The notes beneath the pieces are model-generated. The model saw only the letters and a list, made by a program, of their open reading frames with translations, had not been told where the DNA came from and did no database searches. Below are positions 37,859-49,796 of a DNA stretch of 64,000 bases, piece after piece. Both the position numbers and the translations under genes were made by a program. The first letter of the stretch is position 1. Every line of letters starts with the position of its first letter. The DNA comes from Trichodelitschia bisporula (Eukaryota): contig ML996704.1 of assembly GCA_010356995.1 (NCBI GenBank), positions 496,001 through 560,000 on the forward strand, written 5' to 3'.

Positions 37859-40054
37859 ATGGAGTGTATGCGGAATCATTTTATTGACGGCGCTCTACTC
37901 GATGGGAGATTTCGTACACTCTCCCCACTCAACCATGGATCCTTTGGCATGGTCTTCAAGGCCTTGGACACTGCCACCGGTGAGCTTGTAGCGCTCAAGT
38001 GCTTGACCAAGCCGTCGGCTGCAAACACCTGTCCACAGATGATTGCTGTCGACGACCGGTCCGAGGAACTGGCCATCCACAAGCTCGTCGGCGCTCATCC
38101 CAATATCGTCAATCTCGTACACCACTTCGAGACCGAGCACCACGTTTACATTGTGCTCGAGTACTGCTCGAATGGCGACCTTTACGAAGCCATTCGCATC
38201 GGCCGCGGCCCTGGCCAGACGGAGAATGTTCGCGAAGCCATGTTCCAGCTGGTCGACGCTGTCCAGTACATGCACTCGAAGGGTGTGTACCACCGCGATA
38301 TCAAGCCCGAAAATATCTTCCTTGACAAGAACGGGACCCTGAAGATTGGTGATTTTGGCCTGGCGACTATGGACCGCTGGTCGTACGAGGCCGCTGTCGG
38401 CAGTGATCGCTACATGGCTCCCGAGCAGTACGATCCTGCCAACTGCGGCTACTCGCCAGCCAAGGCGGACATCTGGGCCATCGGCATCTGCATGCTCAAC
38501 ATTCTCTTCTCTCGTAATCCTTTTGCGACTCCGACTGTGTCGGATCCTCTGTTTTCGGATTTTGCCCACGACAACCAGAGCCTCTTCGATGTGTTCCCGA
38601 ACATGTCGCAGGATACCTTTGAGGTAATTGTCAGCTGCCTCGCGCTCGATCCTGCCAAAAGGTCTCTCTCGGCCGTTCGGAGTGCCCTTCAGCGCGCCGT
38701 TGCCTTCACCACGGACGAGGAGCCTCTCGATGACTTTTGCGTCGAGGATCCTACCGTCGTCGAAACCACGAGCACTCGCGAGCCTCTCCGCACACCTTCT
38801 ATCTCCACTCCGCATCTTGATCAGAACGGTGCCTTTCCTTGGGCCAAGGCACTCGCGCTTACGCCTCCCGTGCGGCAACTTTCGGCCATCCCCGACACTG
38901 AGAACTCGGATGACTTTGAGCTGTTTCCCTCCGATCCGCAATCGGACTGGTACTCGGTTTCGGGTTCCATTCCCTCTTTCGTGGATTCGGGTCTCGGTTT
39001 CTCGCTCAAGTCTGACAAGCTCTCGGGTTATGTTGCGATGAAGTCGACTCGCCCCAAGGCTGTACCAAAGACCTCGGGCTCGCTGCCTATCTCCATGGCA
39101 CGTCCCATTCCCAGCATGGCAAGCGTCTTTGGGAAGAAGCGTGAGGCCGTTTCCAAGAGCTGGAGCGATTTGTGGGATGAGGACGCTGAGGAGGAGCAAG
39201 TACTTTTCGGTCGTATCCCTGAGCCAATTGAGGAGCAGGAGCCGATCGATGAAGAGGAGCTGGACCACGATTTGGTCTTCCTGCGCAGTGGTGAAGACGA
39301 CAAGGTGTGGGAGGCGGACCTTCCTGAGGACCCCATCACACCTCGCCCTGCCCTCAAGGAGCTGAAGAACCTGGACTCCGTCAATAACTCGCGCAGCCAC
39401 AGTCCGAAGGCTTCGTCCAAGCGTGCTCGGGAGACACCAAGAGATAAGGAACATGTCAGCGAATTCACAGGCTTCGTCTTTGAAGAGCATAACGAAGATG
39501 GCACCTCTTCGTCGGCTTTGTCCAATGTGCCTCGTTACTCGCCACCATCGAAGCGCTCGATGGTTGACAAGTGGGCGGCTCTTGGAGATCGCAGGCGTGC
39601 GGTACCTAACGGGCAGAGCATCACGAGCTCGGGTTCTCGCGTAGGTGCCAAGCGGGGTCGCGCTGGTAGCTGGAAGAAAAATGCGAAGGAAGTGTCGTCT
39701 CCGTCGGCTCGGACGACTCCGTCCTTCCAGCATGCTTCGCCTTTCGCATCTGATGGGCCACATGGCGGCTCCCACGATTTTGGCGTTTGGGAACAGCTTC
39801 AGAACACTTCGCCTTCCGTCACTTTGCACCAGGATGGAACCCCCGGTGGTCTTGGCCGTCGTGGGCTGTGGAACATCAAGGATTGGCGCCGGCAGCTGGG
39901 CACCAACACGAACAGTCCCTCGGTCTCTCCTATTCCAGCCATGAGGACGGGCGCGACCGTGGCGCAGCACTCGCGCAATCAGTGGAACCCGTTCCACACC
40001 GGCGGGGACGCGAGCGAGAATGAGTGGGTGTGGAGGCACGACCTTCACTTGTAG
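37859..40054 (+). CDS. KSP1: Ser/Thr protein kinase, KSP1/Ran1 family; intronless CDS
   Basis: LNHGSFGMV, VALKCL, HPNIV, YHRDIKPEN, DFGLAT and GSDRYMAPEQ, with the SKSWSDLWDE tail motif typical of fungal Ksp1. Confidence 0.88.
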   Translation: MECMRNHFIDGALLDGRFRTLSPLNHGSFGMVFKALDTATGELVALKCLTKPSAANTCPQMIAVDDRSEELAIHKLVGAHPNIVNLVHHFETEHHVYIVLEYCSNGDLYEAIRIGRGPGQTENVREAMFQLVDAVQYMHSKGVYHRDIKPENIFLDKNGTLKIGDFGLATMDRWSYEAAVGSDRYMAPEQYDPANCGYSPAKADIWAIGICMLNILFSRNPFATPTVSDPLFSDFAHDNQSLFDVFPNMSQDTFEVIVSCLALDPAKRSLSAVRSALQRAVAFTTDEEPLDDFCVEDPTVVETTSTREPLRTPSISTPHLDQNGAFPWAKALALTPPVRQLSAIPDTENSDDFELFPSDPQSDWYSVSGSIPSFVDSGLGFSLKSDKLSGYVAMKSTRPKAVPKTSGSLPISMARPIPSMASVFGKKREAVSKSWSDLWDEDAEEEQVLFGRIPEPIEEQEPIDEEELDHDLVFLRSGEDDKVWEADLPEDPITPRPALKELKNLDSVNNSRSHSPKASSKRARETPRDKEHVSEFTGFVFEEHNEDGTSSSALSNVPRYSPPSKRSMVDKWAALGDRRRAVPNGQSITSSGSRVGAKRGRAGSWKKNAKEVSSPSARTTPSFQHASPFASDGPHGGSHDFGVWEQLQNTSPSVTLHQDGTPGGLGRRGLWNIKDWRRQLGTNTNSPSVSPIPAMRTGATVAQHSRNQWNPFHTGGDASENEWVWRHDLHL

Positions 40055-42026
40055 TTTCTTCCTGAGAGTGGAGCGATATGCCAAGTTCTTCCCAGTCTGG
40101 GAGGTGGAGACTGCGAGCCGTTGGAACTTTGGCGAAGAATGACATCCTTTTCCTGGGGAATGAGGAATGGATGCAAACAACAGGCTGGTTTATGTTTCTC
40201 TTGTCGCTTTTGTTCTCCCATGTGTGTTTTTCATTTGTCACAAAAAATATCCGCTTCGAGGGTCGTTTTTGGGCCTGGAGCGCGTGTTCTCTTCTCTGGT
40301 GTTGATTGTTGAGAGAGGGCGTTCGTCCGGTGCCTGGAATTCCAAGTGGGAAAGACTGCAAGGTCGCCCATCAAGGATCTTTCTTGTCTTTCCAAACTTC
40401 ACCCTGTACTACTATTCCGCAGCATGTTTGGAACTGGGCACTGTTTGAGCGCGCGTGGATGGTTGCTGTTTGGACCGCGGTGGATTTGCGTCTGCCATTT
40501 TCATTACCATTCGACTTGGGAGGACGAGAGAAACGAGTTTGTACAAAGCCAACAAAAGGAGCGGAGCCAGCCTGGGCAAAAAGGGATACCCTATTTCTTG
40601 CATCTTTTCTTTCCGTATCACGTCTTCATCACCAGCTGGCACTTCAGCCGCTAGCCAATATGGCATGAAGGAGTGGGAGACTTACCTGGAGGAGATTGTC
40701 GCGCTTTCTTCGCGAAGAAACGCGGTTTGGAGGTTTTCTGGACCTCTTGGGCGGGGAAGGAACGGCGGGAAGAGACTCGCATCTGTGTATCACTCGGTTT
40801 GATTTGGAGGTGGTGGGGATGTTCTACCTCAGAGCTGGAGTATTAGATTGGGAATACACAGATTTACCCACTCACTGCTTTGCTTCTTGATTGTGCCTGT
40901 GATGTGAAGTTCATGCGAAAGCTGGTAGATATTTGGTGGTTGTAGTTGTTGTTTGTTGTGGTGGCCCAGAGATATATCGATGGATGGAGTTTGTCTGGGA
41001 GGAGGACTCATCCCTCAGCCACGTAGTACATGTTCTTCGACCATTTCAGGGTCACTAGCTCATAGTTGATCTACAGAGACGAAAAGGGTCCCGCAAAATG
41101 ATTCCCAATCCTTGTTATTCAGACATGTTGTGATGCTTCGTCTTCTATTTATCCTAAAGAGTATTTCTGTATCTCTGACCTCTGAACAGCTTTTGCTGAA
41201 TTATCGACGGCCTCTGAGGCACGAGAGCTAAGGCATAGTTTGCAGGCGACGCATATCATGCATTATCAGCGATGCTGAATATGATGGAGCGGATAATGTA
41301 GAATTGCCTATGGAATTTCGATGGCTTGATAACTCGGGTCGAGGATTGAAGCTTCAAAATCCTAATCGAAGCATATGCAAACGCCCGAAGAGCAGAGCGA
41401 GATAGTAGTCGCAGACGGTCAAGATGCCCGAGCAGAGGCAGCAAACTCAATTATACATCAAGCTAGCGAGCAACCACGATCTCACGAGATATTAGAGGTT
41501 CAAGTTCCATCCATCTCAAATCAACTATGTACAAACATGTAAACCATCCCCCTTCCGCATCGGAAGTGATGGACGTCATCTACAGCAATTACAAGTGTGC
41601 TTCCCACACCCCAATTCCCCTATTCCTCCCGCTAAACTCCCCACCAGATGGCCTCTATGATATGCAACGTACGCACACATGCCGGATATATCTCCTCGCC
41701 TCGCAACAGAAGCCATTCGCCCATTCCGCCCCCCCTATCGACGCTGGTAAGCACCTCTCTATCAATCTCCCAGTGCAATCATAAACTGCGTGATAGAGGA
41801 TGTTATAACATTGCGTCGTGGACGTCGCCCCGACCCCAAAACAGCACCGACTTAAGCACACCCAAAAGTTACCAGTGACCTGCCCGGGGTCCCAAATACT
41901 AAAAAAGCGCGTGGTATATTCGCTCACTCAGACAACAGCGCGAAAACGGCATGCATCCTAGCGGCATCGCGCGGTGCAAAAAATGAGAGTCGATTAAACA
42001 TAAGAAGAAAGATCAGCTCATCCCCA

Positions 42027-43285
42027 TTACGTGTACCCCGGGCCACCAGTTGTGACCGTCGGCCAATCGTCCTCGGTGATGCTTGACCAGAATACCCACA
42101 CCATGACCACAGCCAGCAACGTAAATAGCGTTTCAAACATGCCACCGTTAATCTTGCCATTGGTGCCATCGCAGATGTGGACGCTGATGACATACTGGAA
42201 GATCTGGCCGAGAGCAAAGAGCAACGCGGCAGCGCTAAGGTAAACTTGAAAATGTCAGCTCTGACTGGCTGGGTACGAAAAATGATACATACTCATTGGC
42301 CTCATCTCTCTCAATACCTTGAGTACAAGATACGCTTGAAGGATGAAGTAGACCACCAGGAACACTAATGGCGCAAGCTGATAAAGCGTGTACAGAGGGT
42401 AACTGCGGTTCGGTGCCTCGAGCGCGATGTCGAAGAAATGGGTCCACTGGAAAGTCGTATCGAGAGCGATATAGCCAGTGCCGATGAAGAAACAGGCGGC
42501 AGAGCCTAATATCAGCCCCATGGAGAGCGCTGTCCCGTCCTCGAGGAGTTGGAAGCCGACAAGGCCGTTGAGCATGAGTATCCAGATGGTTGATACTACG
42601 GTCGCGATGTGTACGGCGGAGAACCCCTAAACGTTGGTTAATGCGGTTTATGGAGTGTGCAAAGCGTGAGCTTACTCTTCGAACACGACCGTTGAGAGGG
42701 AAGCCTCCAATGGTAAATATTTCGCAAATCTCAATGATAATGAAGCCAATGAGGAACAGCTGCATCTCTCTGCGATGAGTTAGCTAGCGTCCACCATGAA
42801 GCGTTCCAGGCAATCTGACCTCCGCCCAACAGCAGCTTTCTTCCGGTTTGACCGCCATAGCAGGAATAATGTGACGAGGATAGCGATTGCTGCGAATAAT
42901 ATCGATCCTGATCCCGTTAGAAAGTTTGGCTGAGATTCCAAGCTGCGAACGTACCTAAATTGGCGAGGTGTTTCCCGTTGCTCAGGCTGATGCCTCTCAA
43001 TTCACACCCGCCGAATCCAATCGAGTCGGAACCTCCCTTTGCAGGTGATTCATTGAAAAGCTATCACGGAGAAGAAAGGTTAGCGACCGAGGTAGCAGAG
43101 CCCGTGGGTCTGACGGTTGACGCCGTCGCGGTCGCGGGAAGAGGATTGAACTTACGTTGCACACTACATCACAGCGTTAGCAATTGAGTAAGCCAGCATC
43201 ATACATCTAACATACCTGGGATTGTCGCGTAACGATTGCCGGAGTCCCGACAGAAGTCGTGAAAGTATCCATACTGCGACGGCAT
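42027..43285 (-). CDS. CHS7: Chitin synthase export chaperone CHS7; 7 exons including an 8-nt microexon
   Basis: The spliced product reads MPSQYGYFHDFCRDS...IP|VCN|LF...HLANL|GSI...RKKAAVGR|REMQLF...NGLVGFQLLEDGT...ICDGTNGKING..F...VFWSSITEDDW. Confidence 0.92.
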
Positions 43286-46200
43286 CGTTGCGCGTGGTGC
43301 TGCTGCAGCTTAGCAGCGCCGTGGTGCACCCCTCGCGAGACCCTTCCGTCGCCTGGCTGCGAACGACAACAGTTGAGCTGGAGCTCCAAGTGCTATGTGC
43401 CTTTGTGCGAAAGGTATACCAAACACTGTCGAGTTGGGAGAGTTGACGTCGACGGAATAATTAGACGCTCGTGCGCGCGCCGTGGGTTGATTGCGCCGGT
43501 CGAGTGGAGGATCAGGGGGATGCAGTGGTTGCACAGCGGACCTGGTACGGGGTGGGGGAGCGAGGAGACGGGTTTGAGGGCGCAGCTACGTCGTCGCACC
43601 TCTATAGATAGTGATTATACGATCGTGGAATGGGTTGCGATAGAAGCAAGCTGTGGAGGTTTGAAGGTTTGGAGGTTCGCAAGGCGGGAAGGCAGGAAAA
43701 AAGGGAACTGGCGCTTTCGGGAAAGAAGCACCTTGACGAGGCCGAGAGGAGAGGTTGGCGACGACGACTTGGTTGGCTGATCGGGCAGGAGCCCAGCTTT
43801 TCTCCCTCGCTTCCTCGCAGGACGGCCGTGCACGCCGTGGGCGGTCGACTTTCCCGGGGCAGTGCGTGTAATGTGGCAGTGGTGGCTGGATTTGAAGCTG
43901 GTCGCAACTGGGGATGGGGCTGGGATGAGAAGGCTGGTGATAGGTGAGAGCGAAAGAAGCGGCGCTTTCTGTTACTTGCAATTGGGTGCTCCAGCAACGA
44001 GGGAAAACACGACTTAAGATGATCCCGCAAGCCATGCACCCTAAATCATGATTGAGTAATGTTCCTCGACTTTGACGCCGCTTTTTTAAAGCTTCTGGAA
44101 TCAAACAACAAGCAAGGGCGAGACGATTGACGGTTTGCATTTGCGTTTGCGTTTGCGTTTTGTCTTCTGTTCTTCAGGATAGCTGTTGCTCTGCTATTGT
44201 CCCTTCAGTCCCCGGGGCCGCGAGGTCAACGGCTCCGCACACCAAACTGAACTTCCCGTGTCGCGCGTCGCAATTATGGGTGGGGGCGAGGACTTGCACC
44301 CGTGAAGCTCCCCCCGCCTGTTGTGCTTCGCGAGTTTCCGCGCGGGCCAAGTGCGAAATGAAACGCCAGGAGAGTGTCCAGGGCTGCCTGTTAGAAGTAC
44401 TTCCTACAGTACAGGAGATATGCTTGCTGGTGGGCAATTCTGAGATGACTTCTGTTTTGAAGGCAAGACATTATTTGCGAAAGGACACTCCGCCCATCTA
44501 ACCTTAACCGCTTGTCTGCGCAACGGCTATGGCGCAAGCACGCCAGAGCAAGCTCCCCTCCGTAACGGCGCAGACGTCAAGTCGACGACTTCACCGTTAT
44601 GAAGCATATATCGATCGTAGAATAGCAAGTCCTACCTTCACGTCAGAGCATGCCGCAGTAGCCGGCAAGCTCGAGCGGTTCATCGATCTCTCGCCGTTTC
44701 GAGGGTGTACCCCATCCCCGCGTCGCATCACTACGTGTTGCGCCATAACTTGCCTCCGGATCACGGTTTGGAGAGAGTCGCCAATAATAACCTCGCCACT
44801 GCCTCCTCCATCACAGCTCGGGTTGGACTCCGAGTTTGGATCCTGTTGTAGCGAGCATCATGAGGCAAAAGCTATTGCCAAGTCCAGGAGGACCATTTCG
44901 ACAAATGATAGAAACGGAAGACAAGTGACTGTCAGCCCGCAGACCAGGAACGCGTATTGAACAGCGCATCATGCAGCTGACGAAGAAAAGGAAGCAAAAG
45001 CCTGCTTCTTGTTGGCCGAAATGCTTATCACGACGTCCCTCTCGATGATTTCTCCGACATAGGAACAAGTTCTAGTTGGCCGCCCGCGATGCACTCGCCA
45101 CATCCAAGGCACTCCGCCTCCGGCCCAGACGCAGTACGGCAACCCGAGACAGCGAAAGGCCTCGTTTCACTAGTCTCAAAGTGGAGCTTCGCATCATGCT
45201 AAACACGCTGCGTCTTGTGGAGTCCGGAGCCAGTACATAGTAGTTACAGTACTTCGTAGTACGCTTGTCCGAGGGAATGCCAGTTACAGCGATCATTGCA
45301 CCCGGTAACTGTCGACCCGAAGACAGGCCAGCGCCAAACTCAAGCGCACAAAGGCGAGCTGGAAGTGACGTTGTGAAGGCAACCCATATGACATGAGCAT
45401 CCTTCCGAACCTGTGGATCGGCTTGGCGAGGCTCTACTCTATGGGCTGCTTGGACAACCTGCAGAAGGATGGACCTGAACCAGGAACCCGTAGATTACGA
45501 GTACATCGCTGCAGCAACCTAGCCTTGGGGATCGCTAAGAATAAGCTCTCGCCTCAAGTTCAACCCACAATTGCGGAGGTATACCTACCGCCAAAGGCAT
45601 CATAGCGTCCGACGAACCTTCGTGCGAGCCTTCATCAAACCCCCCCAAACCACCAACCCCACCACCCACACATCGCGACTCGCGCCAAGCCCACCCCGAG
45701 ATGAAGCTAATCTCCCGTCGGCCGGGCGCTACCGACCCGATGCCACCCCACCGGCCCGCTGCCGGATTCCCTATAAGCACGAAGAGGCCCTCCACGAACA
45801 CACGTCAGACGTCGAGGTCTCAACGGTGCTGCCACTGCCGTTCTCGAAGCTCGTGACCGAACCCCCTTGCATACGTAGTAGCTGTCTCGGTGAGCAAGAC
45901 TCTATTGCCAAATAAATCGCCGCTGCCATTGGCGCTTTCTAATGCAAGGTTCCACCGAGAGAATGCGCGTAATGGGCCGGATGTGCAATGGCGTGAGGAT
46001 CATCCCGAAGTTTGACCAATGGTCTATTGTAGTCGAGCTGCTGCATCTAAACCTCAAACACGCGGTATCGGCCCGGCTGGCAAGAACTCACACATTAAGC
46101 ACATTCTCATCGGTGGGGATCCGGCCTTGCTCTACTGGGCGACTGCGGCTGCGGAACACTTAATGTATGCCAACGGAAGGCGTCTAATCACTTGCTGAGC

Positions 46201-46494
46201 CTGGAGAGCCTGAAGAGCATCGTTTAACCCGCATGAAAGGTTGACAAGTCTATCGTACAACAATTAAACCCCTCGCAACTGACACAGCAGTCCCTAAAAA
46301 GTTACCGACATCAAGACTACTGCCTTCTTCGCATTCCTCAACCTTAGACCATCATTTTTTTTCTCAATCTAACGCCGACCGGAGTTAGTAGTAATGCAGG
46401 CAAACAAGTCATTGTATCCCTCCATAAACCGAGAAAAATCGCCCATGCTCCCACCTGCAGCCCAGCTATGTCGTCTCAACTCCATATCTCCCGT

Positions 46495-48918
46495 TTAATC
46501 CGAGATCCTCCATGTGCTGAGCCACTTCAGGTGCTTCCACTGCTGATTCGATCCCACCATTCCGAAGCTGATCGCGCGGAAGATCACGTACAAGCCGATG
46601 ATCACCGCGTAGAGCAATCCGTACACGGCATACCGTACCTCCCGCCTGGCCGACCGCATCACCCAGTCAACGCAGAAACCGAGCGTTAGGATGGCAAACC
46701 ACAGCGCCGGGTAGTAGTGGTGGACATACGTGACGCGGCCCATGATGATGAACGGAAAATAATGTAGCACCCACCCTATCACAGGGTAGATGCCGGCATA
46801 GAGTATATGGTCAATATCGGTCGGGCTCAATTCCTTGTAGCCACGCTGCCACCGCACCAAGTACCAGAGAACCAGCAGCGCAAAGGCGCCCAGTGCAGCC
46901 GTGGACCCCCAGTACACGAAGGGGTTACCCAGCAAGAAGTACTTGACTGTGTTGTCGTCCCATGAGCACATACGGAGACCAACATGCAGAAGCGGCCACT
47001 GCCAGAAACTAGAAGCGAGGTCATCCTGCTTATCTGGATCGGGCACGAGAGCGTTGTTGGAAGTCATCATGGCAACATTCAGGTGAATGAAGTCACGGAA
47101 GAAGGGGGACTTGTACGAGCCGGGATCGCTGGGCGGGACTTGGGCATGTTAGTATGTTATGATGACAAGGACGGCCTCAACTCACGCTTTTCGTTCCAAT
47201 GGCTCTCAATGTTCCAGTGCGTGTACTTGTCCTTGGGCTTGTTGTCCTTCGTGCAGCTCACCTCAATCTGCTTGAAGCCCCACTGCGGCAAGTTGACATT
47301 GCCGGCGCGAAGGTAGCAGCCCAAATCGATGTGCTTTAGCCTGAAGGACGTGGTGAGGGTACGTATTTTTGAGTAGTCACGCGATGACGCATCGTCCACG
47401 ACTTCGAGTTGCCAGTGGTCTTTGGTGTCGCCGACGGTCAAGTTCCCATAACACGACACCTCATAATCAGCCTTGGTCACCGGGGCCGGAATAGTGTGAG
47501 AGTGCAAGTTGCGGCCAGTCTGGGCGTGGAGCAAGCGGACAATGTCGCCGTTCCCAATGAAGCGGGGCTCGTCCTCGGGAACGTACTCGGGCTCCGAGCG
47601 GTTGGGGTAGAAGAACCAGTCGTTGTTGGCATCCTTGTGGTGGTAACAGGTAATCTGCTGCTGACCCGAGCCTTCAGGGTAGGTTTGCACATGGGAATGA
47701 AGAAGACCACCGCCATATCCCATGTTCTTGATGGTAACCCGAGAGCCAAGGGCAAGCTCGAGGGGGCTGTCCTTGCCGACTTCAGTTCCCCGAAGATTTG
47801 CCTGGAAAAGAGAGCTCATCTGCGCATCTCCGGGCCCACTGTTCTCGAGGATCAGGAAGTGCAAGTAGAATGAGAACATGTAGACCAGCATAGGGAGGAT
47901 GATGAGGCCAACAACGCGGAATCCTAGATGAGCGGCAAGTTCGGACTAGAGACCGGTAAGCGTTAGTTCATAACGTTCAGTGAACCATACCTTGGGCATC
48001 TTCAGGTCTCCAAATTTACGCCACAAGTCCTCAATCGTGTAGAGACCCACGAGTGCAGTGCAGAAAAAGCCAACCCACTTGACACTGCAAACACAACCGA
48101 TTGACACGCCGGAAAGCATGAGCCAAAGGCCCCATTCCGGGGAAAAGGGGTCATGGCGCAGCTGGTGGAACTTGGCCCAGCAGAGTACAGTCGTGAATGT
48201 GAAGAAGAGCAGCATCGAATCGAGGAGGATGAACCGGCTGATGGTAGTGTAGGAGTTCTCGCAAAGTACCATCAGCGTGATGAACCAGACTGTGAGCTTC
48301 CTGAACTTCAGTTCCTTTGCCGTGTAGTATGCAACCGGAATGCAGAGGGCTCCGAAGGCAGAGTTGAAGACACGCATGAACGTATAGTTGACATCAGTGG
48401 GATACGTCTCGCCGGATTTGAATTCAAAGGACCCATTGTAACCGGCGAGGTAGCCCGAAAGACCAACAAGCATCTTGCCGAGCGGAGGATGCACATCGAA
48501 GTAGAATTCGCGCTTGAGATAGTGCGAGCCAAACTTGCCGAAACTGTAAACGTCTTAGCTGAGCGTCTTGGAGCCAGTGGTAATCGCATACTGAGCCTCA
48601 TCCCAGGTTACAATTGGCGAGAGGCCAATCTTATACATGCGCGTGAAGAAGGCGAAGAATGTGAATAGGATAGGCCCCACGATGGGTTCGATGTCGTCCC
48701 ACGACTCGAGGAAGGACTTGGACTACACGATGGTCAGAAATGGTCTCGAAGGACGGAATACCAATGCAAACCTTTTGTTTGCTCTTCTCCACCACATGAT
48801 GTGCAGGTCCTGGGACATGGTGACCAGTTGGCGGGACAGTTCTCCGCCTCAGTTCCTCAGCCTGTCGATCTGCGCCGGTGGTATAGCCCTGTGGGCCGAG
48901 ATGTTGGCTTGAAGCCAT
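46495..48918 (-). CDS. PMT2: Dolichyl-phosphate-mannose protein O-mannosyltransferase, PMT2 subfamily; 4 introns
   Basis: VTWDEA, FYFDVHPPLGKMLVGLSGYLAGYNGSFEF, SRFILLDS, SGPGDAQMSSLFQANL, MIR domains and RVTYVHHYYPAL. Confidence 0.95.
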
Positions 48919-49796
48919 GATAGAGGTGATTGCCTCCCGGGTATTCTGTCGTAACAACCTCGAACCTTTGGACCAGAGGTTGAAATAGTGTAAAGGCGAG
49001 TAGATTGAATGCGGAGGAGCTCAGACCTCAGCCGGATCTAATCTGGCCTCAAGAAGCGTAGGGAGGATGGTCGTAGTGAAGTAGAAAAGAGAGTTGAAGA
49101 AGGGATGCGGGAAGATTTCAGGGAAGCATCAAAGACTTGAACCGAATTCAAGGAGTGATTAAACCCAGGACAGGGAGTATTCAGGAGAGGGGGAGAGGTT
49201 CTCCTTTGCGCGGACACGGTGAACACCCAGGACGCGCGGATCCAAGCACCTTTACGTATGCCAGGGTAGGTTGCCGACACCTGGCTTCTCGCCCGCAAAG
49301 GCGTCGGTCATGGCTAAACAATGATCCGACCCACTGAAAATAGCCCCTTCTTCAGCCCAACGAACCCCTTTGATGCAATGTTGGGTTGTTACCAAACTAC
49401 TGGCCTACTGTGGAGGCTACAACAGTGTTTCACTCCCTGTGGGGCGGACACTCACCCCACACCGGAATGCGCTTGTGGAGTCACCGGAGTGTGGGACCAC
49501 GAGACGGAAACTCTATGCTAGCGCATCAATCAAGGACTCTGCAGCCAAAATATTCTCTATCTCATGTCCTTGAACCTACTCCAACATTGGCAAACCCAAT
49601 TGCTTTCAAAGAATGCGATCGTCATCTTCACAAGGCTGCGCCGCTCTTGACAAGCAGTGTATTTACCATCCCGACGTTCGCCGTCACCGCTACCAAAACG
49701 CCAGTGTATTTCCAACCCATCTTCTGAGGAGTAACAGAACGCCCAAGTAGATCACAATCTGCACCGAATGATGGTAACAGACCAAGCTTACAACGT

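Noticed and set aside
37895..40180. 761-aa ORF antisense to KSP1 (and similar ORFs opposite actin, DHR1 and EDE1)
   Set aside because: Shadow frames caused by GC-rich codon bias; no domain-like content.
44134..44161. Short (TTTGCG)n run, and (GACGTT)n at ~54828-54851
   Set aside because: Ordinary microsatellites with no spacers; not CRISPR-like.
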